DNA from: an uncultured Candidatus Saccharibacteria bacterium
Lineage (GTDB): Bacteria > Patescibacteriota > Minisyncoccia > UBA6257 > WO2-44-18
Length of the DNA stretch: 55,453 nt
Assembly: GCA_964637575.1 (NCBI GenBank)
Contig: CAZWVU010000005.1
Coordinates: 1 to 55,453, forward strand
Direction of reading: 5' to 3'
Position 1 is the first letter of the stretch; every line of letters starts with the position of its first letter. Under the pieces are notes generated by a model. The model made no database searches. It was not told where the DNA came from and saw nothing but the letters and a program-made list of their open reading frames with translations. The translations under genes and the position numbers were made by a program. Shown one piece after another: positions 17,010-25,471 of the stretch.

Positions 17010-17351
17010 ATGGAATACGTTATTGACGCAAAAAAACAACCGCTCGGCCGCCTGGCTTCCAAGGTAGCCCAACTGCTTCAGGGCAAACAGCATCCCGATT
17101 ATTTGCCGCACAATCCGGGCAAAGACCGGGTAATCGTCAAGAACGCTTCCCAGATCGTAGTGACCGGCCGCAAGGCCGAGCAGAAGATCTACTACCGGCA
17201 TACCGGGTACATGGGCCATCTCCGCGAACGGGTGTATAAGGAATTTTTTGCGCAGTCCCCGGAAAAAGTGCTGGAACTTGCCGTAAAACGCATGCTCCCC
17301 CAGAATTATCTGAAACAGAATCGTTTAAACCGGTTAACCATCGAAAAGTAA
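17010..17351 (+). CDS. rplM: 50S ribosomal protein L13 (short, 113 aa)
   Basis: LGRLASKVAQLLQGKQHP...YYRHTGYMG. Confidence 0.85.
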   Translation: MEYVIDAKKQPLGRLASKVAQLLQGKQHPDYLPHNPGKDRVIVKNASQIVVTGRKAEQKIYYRHTGYMGHLRERVYKEFFAQSPEKVLELAVKRMLPQNYLKQNRLNRLTIEK

Positions 17352-17352
17352 C

Positions 17353-17781
17353 ATGACTCCTATCAAGAAACCAGCTGAAAAGGCATCCAAACCCGCAGAG
17401 CGGTTTTTTGCCGCGAAGGGCGGACGCAAGACGGCGAATGCTTCCGCGCGTGTGTTTTCCGGCAAGGGACTCGCGGTAAACGGGAAGGACTATAAGGAAT
17501 ATTTCAAAACGCTCCGCAACCAGGTGACAGCCTTCGCCCCTTTTGACACGCTGAAGATCCATGAAAAGATGGGCGCCTCCGTCAAGGTATTCGGCGGCGG
17601 CATCAACGCCCAGGCGGAAGCGGTCCGCAACGCGATTGCCCGCGCACTCGCCAAAGCCGATGCCACCCTTATCGCCACGCTTCGCCGCGCCGGTTTTATG
17701 ACCCGCGACTCCCGCACGGTGGAACGCAAGAAATACGGTTTGCTCAAGGCACGCCGCGCGCCGCAATGGGCGAAACGGTAA
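17353..17781 (+). CDS. rpsI: 30S ribosomal protein S9
   Basis: GGGINAQAEAVRNAIARAL...RKKYGLLKARRAPQWAKR. Confidence 0.9.
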   Translation: MTPIKKPAEKASKPAERFFAAKGGRKTANASARVFSGKGLAVNGKDYKEYFKTLRNQVTAFAPFDTLKIHEKMGASVKVFGGGINAQAEAVRNAIARALAKADATLIATLRRAGFMTRDSRTVERKKYGLLKARRAPQWAKR

Positions 17782-17784
17782 CTC

Positions 17785-17852
17785 GTCCTTCTGTTCTTCT
17801 CCTCGCCGGGACGTCGGGCTACAATCCCGTCTGCGGGAAGAACAGCAGTCCT
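17785..17852 (+). repeat. conserved hairpin element E, copy 2
   Basis: Outer stem CTGTTCTTC/GAAGAACAG (17791-17799/17838-17846) around the core TCCTCG-CCGGGA-CGTCGGGCTACAA-TCCCG-TCTGCGG. Confidence 0.75.
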
Positions 17853-17982
17853 CGTATTTATTGGTAGTAGGTGGCCCGCTCCTTCTGGAGCGGGCTTTGG
17901 TATTCCGAGCCAAAATCCTCAGTGAATTTTAAAAGAAGCAACCTGCCCGCCATCGTTTGTTTTATTTTTAAAAGAACAATGG

Positions 17983-18012
17983 CTTGACAAAATATGTAAA
18001 AATATGGTAATT
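17983..18012 (+). promoter_or_regulatory. sigma70-type promoter in AT-rich spacer
   Basis: TTGACA, 18-nt spacer, TAATTT; palindrome ATCAGgatatttCTGAT at 18021-18037 downstream. Confidence 0.4.
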
Positions 18013-18074
18013 TTTACGCGCATCAGGATATTTCTGATATGTATGATTGAACCTTGATTTAAGGAGATTGAGTA

Positions 18075-18809
18075 ATGAGGGGTCGCCTGACGCAGCCCAG
18101 AGAAAAAGACACAGCGGATGCTTTTCTAGCTGACTTCAATGACGAGGAGCTAATGGCGCTACTCCGCTTTCTATTGAAAAACGTTGAGAAGATAGAAAGG
18201 GCGGATCGGGGAGCGCGGGTTCTGCTAAATTGCGCGGTAAACGAGTGGCCCATAGATCATCTGCGGAGATATTTCCCTCTCAAGACCATCGGCAGGCTTC
18301 TGCATCTCATTCTGTTTGCACGAGTTGTTAAGACGGCCGACTATTACAGGATTATTGGCGCCAGTAATCGCATCAAGGCGATCGTTGCCAGCGGTGTTCT
18401 GGCGGGTAATCAGTTTCTACCCAGTACGCCCGCATTCCAAGAAATACCACCTCCAGAACTAAGCCGTTTTATTTTTCCACATGGAATGGAAATAGCGAAC
18501 TCGGCATTTTCCGAGAAGGTCGACGTGACCAAGCATGCCTGGGATCGCTTCTGCGAGCGCTACATAAAGGCGTGGTTTTCTATTAAAGGAGCGCCAACCG
18601 GGCAACGCTACTATATTGAAGCGCTTAGATCCTGCTTCTCCAGAGCCTTAAGAGTTGAATTGCCCGAAGGTGTCGTGTCCGAGCGACTGGACAATAATAG
18701 GCGCTGGCCGGTTTTATATCTTCTAGATCCGACAACAAAGTTGCGATTTGTGGTAACTAACAACCTCCATCGCAAGGCCACATTGATTACTGTTGATCCG
18801 GCGCAGTAA
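18075..18809 (+). CDS. orphan protein (244 aa) in lower-GC island
   Basis: AAGGAG upstream. The C-terminal half carries TKHAWDRFCERY (an [ST]xHAxxRxxER-like signature). Confidence 0.5.
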   Translation: MRGRLTQPREKDTADAFLADFNDEELMALLRFLLKNVEKIERADRGARVLLNCAVNEWPIDHLRRYFPLKTIGRLLHLILFARVVKTADYYRIIGASNRIKAIVASGVLAGNQFLPSTPAFQEIPPPELSRFIFPHGMEIANSAFSEKVDVTKHAWDRFCERYIKAWFSIKGAPTGQRYYIEALRSCFSRALRVELPEGVVSERLDNNRRWPVLYLLDPTTKLRFVVTNNLHRKATLITVDPAQ

Positions 18810-18822
18810 TCCGATAAGCATT

Positions 18823-18857
18823 ATCCCCCGAACCATAGTGGTTCGGGGATTTTTTAT
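18823..18857. terminator. terminator between convergent genes
   Basis: Stem ATCCCC(C)GAACC/GGTTCGGGGAT then TTTTTT. Confidence 0.65.
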
Positions 18858-19777
18858 ATTTCTATATAACTCAAGCCGGTGGGGCGGAGGAGGTAGAGGC
18901 GGCCGTTGGCGTAGGCGTGCATGAGGACGTTGTCCGCGATCGGGTAGATATTGACCGGATTCTCCGGGCCCAGCTCAAGGAACGAAACCCTGCCGGGATA
19001 TTGAATGAAGAAATGATACGCATCTTTATAAGGTGACGCCGCAAGAATCAGTTCGCGGTCGGGGATTCTGCGATCCTGGGGAACGGCGGGCGATGGAGGA
19101 ACGGCGCCTTTAAATAATTCCACCACGCGTTTTTGAGTATCCAGAAGATAGCGGGCATTGGCCGTACTCACGATCCACTGGCCGGAATTGTCAGCGGGAG
19201 CGAGGCCGCGGATAAGAACATACCCGGGGAATTTCAGCATCTGCTGTTTCAGCCCATTGAACAATCCTCCCAGGTCGGTGGTGGTGCTCACGCCGGTATC
19301 AGTAAGAAAGTACCGGCCTCGTACGTCCTGATAGATAAGCTGCTCATCGTGGATCCAGAAGCGGATGATCGGCTTTGCGACAAGCGTGGTTTCCGCCGGA
19401 ATTTTAGGAACGAGCACAAGTTCGTGAGTTTCGTTCACCGTGGCGGGAGTTACCTGAAGATTTTTTTTCCAGGAATAAAATCCGGGCTTGTCCACCTGAA
19501 CAGCGTATATTCCCGGAAGAAGATTATTGATAAACGCTCCGCCTGTAAGAAAACGGTCCTCGCTCTGGACGAGTGCGCCATTCAGGGTGATCCGGGCATC
19601 CGAAATGCCGCGCAGAAAAATCCCCCCGACTTTTATGGGTTGGAAGTCCGGAAGATCCAGGCGCCAGCCGTAGGCATACAGCACCATCCCCGGACCGATA
19701 ACGAGGAACAGCACAGTCAGAAGAATGAGGGTAACCTTTCGCATTCGATGGCTCATCGGTATACTATTACCATACAT
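18854..19777 (-). CDS. membrane-anchored protein with PEGA-like domain
   Basis: N-terminal TM LILLTVLFLVIGPGMVLYAY; LPGIYAVQVDKPGFYSWKKNLQV resembles the PEGA motif. Confidence 0.5.
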   Translation of the reverse strand: MYGNSIPMSHRMRKVTLILLTVLFLVIGPGMVLYAYGWRLDLPDFQPIKVGGIFLRGISDARITLNGALVQSEDRFLTGGAFINNLLPGIYAVQVDKPGFYSWKKNLQVTPATVNETHELVLVPKIPAETTLVAKPIIRFWIHDEQLIYQDVRGRYFLTDTGVSTTTDLGGLFNGLKQQMLKFPGYVLIRGLAPADNSGQWIVSTANARYLLDTQKRVVELFKGAVPPSPAVPQDRRIPDRELILAASPYKDAYHFFIQYPGRVSFLELGPENPVNIYPIADNVLMHAYANGRLYLLRPTGLSYIEI

Positions 19778-19788
19778 CAGCGGGAAAA

Positions 19789-21087
19789 ATGAAATTCGTA
19801 ATCCAGGGAGGAAAAAAACTTGAAGGCGAGGTGACGCTTGCCGGAGCCAAAAACGCCGCGACCAAAATGCTGGTGGCGTCTATTCTCACGCCTGAACCGT
19901 GCGTGCTGGAGAATTTTCCGGAGATCGGAGACGCGCAGATCACCCAGGAATTGTGCCGCTCGGTGGGAAGCGTGATCCATAATGGCAACGGGACGATGAA
20001 CATCCATACGCCTGAAATAACCAACTCCAAAGTGGTGTCGTTGTCGCGCCGCAACCGGATCCCGATACTGGCGCTCGGGCCGTTGCTCGCGCGGGTGGGC
20101 GAGGCGGAGGTGCCGATTCTCGGCGGCGACCGGATCGGGCCGCGGCCGGTGGACATTCACCTGGAAGCGCTGCAAAGCATGGGCGCCAAAATTGAAGTGA
20201 TGCCGGACCGCTACGTCGCGTCAGCGCCGCAGGGATTGCGCGGGGCCACCATCGAACTCCGGTATCCGAGCGTGGGGGCCACCGAAAACACTCTTCTCGC
20301 GGCGGTGCTCGCGCGCGGCCGCACGACGATCCGGAATGCCGCGACCGAGCCGGAAGTTATTGATCTGATCAAAATGCTCCAGAAAATGGGGGCGATCATC
20401 GAACTCGGCGCGAACCGTGCTATCTATATAGAAGGCGTGAAGGCGTTGCGCGGCGTTACCCACCGGATCATGCCGGACCGCAACGAGGCGGTATCCTTTG
20501 CCTGCCTCGCGGTCGCGACCGGAGGAAAAATCCTGGTAAAGGACGCCCGGCAGGAAGATCTGATCACGTTTCTCAATACGCTCCGTCGCGTCGGCGGGGA
20601 ATATGAAGTGGCGCCCGAAGGAATAATATTTTTCAAAAAAAACGGCGGCCCGCTGCGGCCGGTGGATATCGAAACGGACACGCATCCGGGATTTATGACC
20701 GATTGGCAGCAGCCGCTTGTGGTGCTGCTGACCCAGGCCGATGGCGTGTCGCATATCCATGAAACCGTCTACGAAGACCGCTTCGGATACGCCAAGGACT
20801 TGAATTTCATGGGCGCAGACATTACAGTGGAGGCGAAGTGTCTGGGAGGACTGACCTGCCGTTTCCGGGATAAAGGATTTTCGCACAGCGCAATCATCCA
20901 TGGACCGAAGGAACTGCACGGGGCCGAACTAGTCGTCAGAGATTTGCGTTCGGGCATCGCCCATATCATAGCCGCACTGATTGCCACCGGGCAGTCAACC
21001 ATCGATGGCGTTGAAGAGATCGATCGCGGCTATGAACGCATTGACCGGCGTTTGGCGCAGTTGGGAGCAGACATCACACGAATTTAA
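19789..21087 (+). CDS. murA: UDP-N-acetylglucosamine 1-carboxyvinyltransferase (Asp at the fosfomycin-target position)
   Basis: GAKNAA..., LGGDRIGPRPVDIH (E. coli has GGCAIGARPVD), C-terminal IDRGYERI. Confidence 0.9.
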   Translation: MKFVIQGGKKLEGEVTLAGAKNAATKMLVASILTPEPCVLENFPEIGDAQITQELCRSVGSVIHNGNGTMNIHTPEITNSKVVSLSRRNRIPILALGPLLARVGEAEVPILGGDRIGPRPVDIHLEALQSMGAKIEVMPDRYVASAPQGLRGATIELRYPSVGATENTLLAAVLARGRTTIRNAATEPEVIDLIKMLQKMGAIIELGANRAIYIEGVKALRGVTHRIMPDRNEAVSFACLAVATGGKILVKDARQEDLITFLNTLRRVGGEYEVAPEGIIFFKKNGGPLRPVDIETDTHPGFMTDWQQPLVVLLTQADGVSHIHETVYEDRFGYAKDLNFMGADITVEAKCLGGLTCRFRDKGFSHSAIIHGPKELHGAELVVRDLRSGIAHIIAALIATGQSTIDGVEEIDRGYERIDRRLAQLGADITRI

Positions 21088-21095
21088 TTGAAAAA

Positions 21096-22103
21096 ATGTT
21101 CACCCGCAAAATAGGCATTGATCTTGGCACCGCAAATACGATCGTATTTGTGCCCGGCAAGGGGTTCATTATCAACGAACCGACGATCGTTGCGTTGAGC
21201 GTTCCGGACAACGGGGTGCTCGCGGTGGGCCGCGAAGCGAAAGACATGATCGGCCGCACGCCGGAGAACATCTCGGCTTACCGGCCGCTCAAAGAAGGCG
21301 TGATCGCCGACTACTACATTACCAAGGCGATGCTGCGGTATTTCATTGCCAAAGCCACCGGCGCCATGAATATGTTCCGTCCGGAGGTGGTGATTTCCGT
21401 ACCGGCGGGCATTACGCCGACGGAAAAACGCGCGGTGATGAACGCCGCGAAAGAAGCTGGAGCGAAAGAAGCCTACATTGTGAAAGAGCCGATCCTCGCC
21501 GCCCTCGGCGCCGGCGTGCCGATCAACTCCTACTCCGGCAACATGATCATCAACATCGGCGGCGGCACCTCTGAGGTCGCCGTGGTGGCGCTCGGCAGTA
21601 TCGTCTCCTGGTCCAGCTTGCGCGTGGCCGGCAATAAATTCGACCAGGCCATCATGGACTACATCAAAAAGAAGTACTCGCTGTTCGTGGGTGAGCAGAC
21701 CGCCGAAGCGGTGAAAATTGAAATCGGCTCCGCGCTGCCGATGAAGGAAAAACTCGAATACCAGCTCCGCGGACGTGATCTTGTTTCCGGCTTGCCGCGC
21801 GATCTGGTCGTTAATTCCAACGAGATCGCCGAAGCGCTCAACCCGCATTTACTGGACATCGCCGCGTCGGTGCAGAACGTCTTCAATAACACGCCGCCGG
21901 AACTGGTGGCGGACATCATGGAAAAGGGGATTATCGTCTCCGGCGGCGGCGCTCATCTCCGCCATATCGACGAATTTTTCAAGCGCATGACGGGCGTGCA
22001 GTGTTTTATCGCCGAGGAGCCGCTCTTCTGCGTCGCCAAAGGCACCGGCCTCATTTTGAACCATCTGGACGTCTACAAGAGGACTTTGTTGAATAAGAGA
22101 TAA
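21096..22103 (+). CDS. mreB: rod-shape actin homolog MreB (copy 1)
   Basis: IGIDLGTANT, NEPT(S)IVA, DIGGGT-like NIGGGTSEVAV, GGGA near the C-terminus. Confidence 0.9.
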   Translation: MFTRKIGIDLGTANTIVFVPGKGFIINEPTIVALSVPDNGVLAVGREAKDMIGRTPENISAYRPLKEGVIADYYITKAMLRYFIAKATGAMNMFRPEVVISVPAGITPTEKRAVMNAAKEAGAKEAYIVKEPILAALGAGVPINSYSGNMIINIGGGTSEVAVVALGSIVSWSSLRVAGNKFDQAIMDYIKKKYSLFVGEQTAEAVKIEIGSALPMKEKLEYQLRGRDLVSGLPRDLVVNSNEIAEALNPHLLDIAASVQNVFNNTPPELVADIMEKGIIVSGGGAHLRHIDEFFKRMTGVQCFIAEEPLFCVAKGTGLILNHLDVYKRTLLNKR

Positions 22104-22111
22104 TTGGATCT

Positions 22112-22213
22112 TAGCCTCGGCCAGCTGCTTTTCTCGAGACCGTTTCGCCTTCGAATGAGATAACGAAGGCTGCACTTCGCTTTTAGTCTCTCGAAAACCA
22201 GCTGTCCGAGCTA
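22112..22213. repeat. long imperfect hairpin (~28-bp outer stem plus 7-bp inner hairpin)
   Basis: TAGCCTCGGCCAGCTGCTTTTCTCGAGAC pairs with GTCTCTCGAAAACCAGCTGTCCGAGCTA; inner stem GCCTTCG/CGAAGGC. Confidence 0.65.
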
Positions 22214-22238
22214 AAATCTTCAGGGGCGGTGACTGGGC

Positions 22239-22268
22239 TTGACAAATTGAGCTTATTTATGTTATAAA
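22239..22268 (+). promoter_or_regulatory. sigma70-type promoter
   Basis: TTGACA, 18-nt spacer, TATAAA. Confidence 0.55.
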
Positions 22269-22313
22269 ATGTAGGTAAGTTTTGAGTTCTTTTTAACGAG
22301 AAAGGAGAGGTAT

Positions 22314-22694
22314 ATGGGGAAGCTTTTAGCGATCCTGGTGCTGGCGGCATGCTTTCTCGGCTGTGATTCGAACGTCGGTAAGGCGGAGAAGCTGGAGAAC
22401 GTGGTCAGGGTGTTCATGAGCAGACCCCACGCATTCATCTTCGCGGTCCAGAATCCGGAAACCAAGATCATCACCTTGCGTGGGTACTATGCTTTCGACA
22501 GCAAAGACGTCGAAATCATTCCCGACGTTTTGCCGGACGGCAAGATGTGGGTTGAGCTGGGCGCTTCGCCGCACACCGCCGATAGTGAGGTTCGGCAATA
22601 TCTCAAGATCCACGTCTATTCCGAAAAGAGCGTCGAAGGTGGTGCCTGGAATAACGGCAAGGGTGGCAGAGGACAAAACCAGGTGATCAAGTAG
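22314..22694 (+). CDS. small lipoprotein (126 aa)
   Basis: AGGAGAGG upstream; lipobox FLGC; own promoter and terminator. Confidence 0.6.
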   Translation: MGKLLAILVLAACFLGCDSNVGKAEKLENVVRVFMSRPHAFIFAVQNPETKIITLRGYYAFDSKDVEIIPDVLPDGKMWVELGASPHTADSEVRQYLKIHVYSEKSVEGGAWNNGKGGRGQNQVIK

Positions 22695-22760
22695 ATTCAC
22701 CAAGCGGCTACCATGAAAGGAGGTGATCCTAAATGGTCGGCCGATGAACGAGTAGTACCG

Positions 22761-22796
22761 ATCGGGAAGGGTAACACCTTCCCGATTTTATTTTTC
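22761..22796 (+). terminator. intrinsic terminator
   Basis: 10-bp stem ATCGGGAAGG/CCTTCCCGAT then TTTTATTTTT. Confidence 0.8.
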
Positions 22797-22833
22797 ATGC
22801 GGCGAAGGATCGCAATTGCGGTATAATGAAAAT

Positions 22834-23559
22834 ATGGCGGTAGTGGCGGAATTGAAAAAAGACTTCCAAAAGTTGATCGAACACGATGCGCTCGCCCACG
22901 GCTACATTTTCTTCGGGCACGAATCGGCATCGGAGAAAATTACATTCGCGAAAGAACTCGCGAATTTTTTTGAACACCGCGAGTGGGAGGTGGGGGAACG
23001 GATTTTGTCGGACGCGCATCTGATCGACGCCCGGCTGGCCGGCGGAATCGATCTGGTCCGGGCGGCCAGCCACTTTCTTTGGCAGAAACCGGCGATTTCG
23101 GCGAGGCGCATGCTGATCATCGAAAACGCCGATTATCTCACCCTGCCGGCGCAAAACGCTATCCTGAAGATTGCCGAAGAGCCGCCTGCGCACGCGCTTC
23201 TGTTTCTGATAGTAAAAGACCCGGACGTGCTTCTGCCGGCCGTGGTGTCGCGGTTCCAGAGGATTTTTGTTGCGAAAGATTCCGCCCGCGATACCGACAC
23301 CGCGTTTGCCAGGGAATTTCTGAAATCAACCAATGCCAGGCGAAAGGAGATGCTCAACGAGCTTCTTGATGAGGTCAAAGAGGACGAACATGACCAGAAG
23401 CTGGAAGAATTCGTGGCGGGACTGATCGCCGAGCTGGAAAAAGACACTATCAAGAATCACACCCTTATCAAAAATATCCTGGCGCGCTGGACGCTCATCC
23501 GCCAGTTCAACGTGAATAAAAAATTGCAGCTTGAGGCGGCGCTGGCAACGCTGAAATAA
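22834..23559 (+). CDS. holB: DNA polymerase III delta'-like clamp-loader subunit (degenerate P-loop)
   Basis: IIENADYLTLPAQNAILKIAEEPP and VSRFQRIF (SRC-like) motifs. TATAAT ends 6 nt before ATG 22834. Confidence 0.6.
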   Translation: MAVVAELKKDFQKLIEHDALAHGYIFFGHESASEKITFAKELANFFEHREWEVGERILSDAHLIDARLAGGIDLVRAASHFLWQKPAISARRMLIIENADYLTLPAQNAILKIAEEPPAHALLFLIVKDPDVLLPAVVSRFQRIFVAKDSARDTDTAFAREFLKSTNARRKEMLNELLDEVKEDEHDQKLEEFVAGLIAELEKDTIKNHTLIKNILARWTLIRQFNVNKKLQLEAALATLK

Positions 23560-23564
23560 AAAAG

Positions 23565-23663
23565 CCCCGTTCCGGTTGGTCGATGGGGCGAGGCACGGAG
23601 GAAATGCCTGGCTTCAGCAGACGCGCCTGAGGGCGCGGCCGCTGCGACATAACCGGAACGGGG
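23565..23663 (-). other. ~100-nt multi-stem structure, terminator-like on the minus strand
   Basis: 13-bp perfect closing stem CCCCGTTCCGGTT/AACCGGAACGGGG encloses hairpins (CGCGCC/GGCGCG, AGGCA/TGCCT). On the minus strand it is followed by CTTTTTTATTT. Confidence 0.5.
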
Positions 23664-23695
23664 AATCCAAGGGCTTCCCAAATATAGCGCAAAAC

Positions 23696-23776
23696 CTACT
23701 TACAGACAATAGGCAGGAAATAAATCAAAATTCCCGCAAAAATGACCAATAAAATTAATCCGAAGAACTTTTCCAT
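23696..23776 (-). CDS. 26-aa hydrophobic peptide ORF (MEKFFGLILLVIFAGILIYFLPIVCK)
   Basis: Single TM-length hydrophobic peptide with AT-rich codons, immediately upstream of the 23565-23663 structure. Confidence 0.3.
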   Translation of the reverse strand: MEKFFGLILLVIFAGILIYFLPIVCK

Positions 23777-23835
23777 GCTACGCCAATAATAGTAGCACAA
23801 TTGAAAGAGCCCAGGAAATACACTATCATTTGGGA

Positions 23836-24384
23836 ATGGATTTCGCGAAAGATCTTGAGCTTGCCGCGCGGCAGGCAATCGAACGCCTTAAAGAGGAATT
23901 GCAGGGCGTACGCACCAACCGGCCAAGCCCGAAGCTGGTAGAAGACGTAAAGGTGACGTATCTGGAACAGCAGCTCACGCTCAAACAGCTGGGCTCGATC
24001 AGCATCGTGCCGCCCCGGGAAATCGACGTGAATGTCTGGGATAAGGACGCGGTCCAGGCGGTGGTAAAAGCCATTGAAACATCGGGGCTGGGGCTGACCG
24101 CGAATACCCAGGGCAATCTGATCCGCATCAATCTTCCGGCGATCACCGACGAGCGCCGGCAGGAGCTGACAAAATTCGTAAAAGGCCTCGTGGAGCAGGT
24201 GAAGATCCGCATCCGCACCCTCCGGGACGATGCCAATAAAAAAGTTGAGGCGGCGTTCAAGGCGAAAGCGACCAGCGAAGACCAGAAGTTCAAATTCCGC
24301 GACCAGATTCAGAAAGCCGTGGATAAGGCCAACGGGGACGTGGAAACCCTGCTGGCCATGAAGATTAAGGAGATTAATGATTAA
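23836..24384 (+). CDS. frr: ribosome recycling factor
   Basis: LQGVRTNRPSPKLVEDVKV...LPAITDERRQEL; TATCAT ends 6 nt before ATG 23836. Confidence 0.9.
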   Translation: MDFAKDLELAARQAIERLKEELQGVRTNRPSPKLVEDVKVTYLEQQLTLKQLGSISIVPPREIDVNVWDKDAVQAVVKAIETSGLGLTANTQGNLIRINLPAITDERRQELTKFVKGLVEQVKIRIRTLRDDANKKVEAAFKAKATSEDQKFKFRDQIQKAVDKANGDVETLLAMKIKEIND

Positions 24385-24417
24385 TTTTAAAGTTTAAATC
24401 AATTTTAAATTAAACCA
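24385..24417. repeat. short AT-rich spacer related to the AT-rich elements
   Basis: TTTTAAAGTTTAAATCAATTTTAAATTAAA, same word content as 3081-3196 and 32411-32521. Confidence 0.4.
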
Positions 24418-25431
24418 GTGGCGATTCTGATAGTAATCATAGGAATTTCCTTGTTGATATTTGCTCACGAGCTCGGACACTTTTTGGTCGCCAAAAAAAT
24501 GGGATTGCTGGTGGAGGAATTCGGTTTCGGATTCCCGCCCCGCATGTTTTCCTGGAAACGCGGGGAAACCACTTATAGCGTCAACTGGCTGCCGTTCGGC
24601 GGGTTTGTAAGAATCTACGGGGAAGATGCGGCGGATGTGAAGACGGATGTTCCGCCGGGACGGAGCTTCGCGGCCCAGCGTGCCTGGAAGCGGGCGCTGA
24701 TCGTGGTGGCCGGCGTGGTAATGAATTTTATGTTTGGCTGGTTCCTCCTGTCGCTGATTTTCATGATCGGCACGCCGAAGGCGCTGTTTATTTCCCAGGT
24801 GTTGCCGGACAGCCCGGCGTTGTCCGCGGGGCTGAAGGCCCAGGATCAGATTCAGGGATTTTCCACCGCCAAGGATTTTATTGATTACATAAACCGGAAC
24901 CGGGGCAAAGAAATTGTTCTTGCGGTGCGGCGCGGTCCGGAAACGCTGGAATTCAAAGCGGTGCCGCGGCTGAAAGAGGAAGCAGCGCTGGGCGTGGCGC
25001 TGGTGGAGAGCGGAACGGAGCGGCAGGCGTTTGTTCCAGCGGTCTGGAACAGCCTGAAGGCGTCCGTGGGCGCCGTTGTCGGTATCGTTGCCGGCTTCAT
25101 CACGCTTTTTGGAGGCCTGTTTACCGGCGGGCATGTCGCAGCTGACGTGGTTGGGCCGGTGGGCGTCTTCGGCGTCGCCAGCCAGGCGGGGCAGCTCGGA
25201 ATTTTATACGTAGTCCAGCTGGTCGCTTTGATTTCGCTGAATCTTACCGTGTTGAATATTTTTCCATTTCCCGCGTTGGACGGCGGCCGCCTGCTCTTTA
25301 TTATTCTGGAAAAGATCAAAGGCAGCCCGCTTAACCCGAAGTTCGAGCGTGCGGCCAACGCCGCGGGATTCGCGCTTCTTCTGGCATTGATGATCGCGGT
25401 TACGGTGCGCGACGTGGTTCGACTTTTCTAA
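24418..25431 (+). CDS. site-2 (M50) intramembrane metalloprotease, RseP-like
   Basis: HELGHF near the N-terminus, central PDZ-like segment, NIFPFPALDGGRL motif. Confidence 0.85.
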   Translation: MAILIVIIGISLLIFAHELGHFLVAKKMGLLVEEFGFGFPPRMFSWKRGETTYSVNWLPFGGFVRIYGEDAADVKTDVPPGRSFAAQRAWKRALIVVAGVVMNFMFGWFLLSLIFMIGTPKALFISQVLPDSPALSAGLKAQDQIQGFSTAKDFIDYINRNRGKEIVLAVRRGPETLEFKAVPRLKEEAALGVALVESGTERQAFVPAVWNSLKASVGAVVGIVAGFITLFGGLFTGGHVAADVVGPVGVFGVASQAGQLGILYVVQLVALISLNLTVLNIFPFPALDGGRLLFIILEKIKGSPLNPKFERAANAAGFALLLALMIAVTVRDVVRLF

Positions 25432-25471
25432 CCGATTTTGAGATACTGCGATTAGTTATTTGAGGTGCGGT

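Noticed and set aside
15890-17062. Long antisense ORFs opposite conserved genes, e.g. 15890..17062(-), 12379..13941(-), 33859..35643(-), 41516..42619(-), 27074..28081(-), 31135..32115(-)
   Set aside because: They lie exactly opposite genes with unmistakable conserved motifs. Their translations are Arg/Gly/His-rich low-complexity sequence, typical of shadow frames in GC-rich coding DNA, and they lack SD and promoter context.
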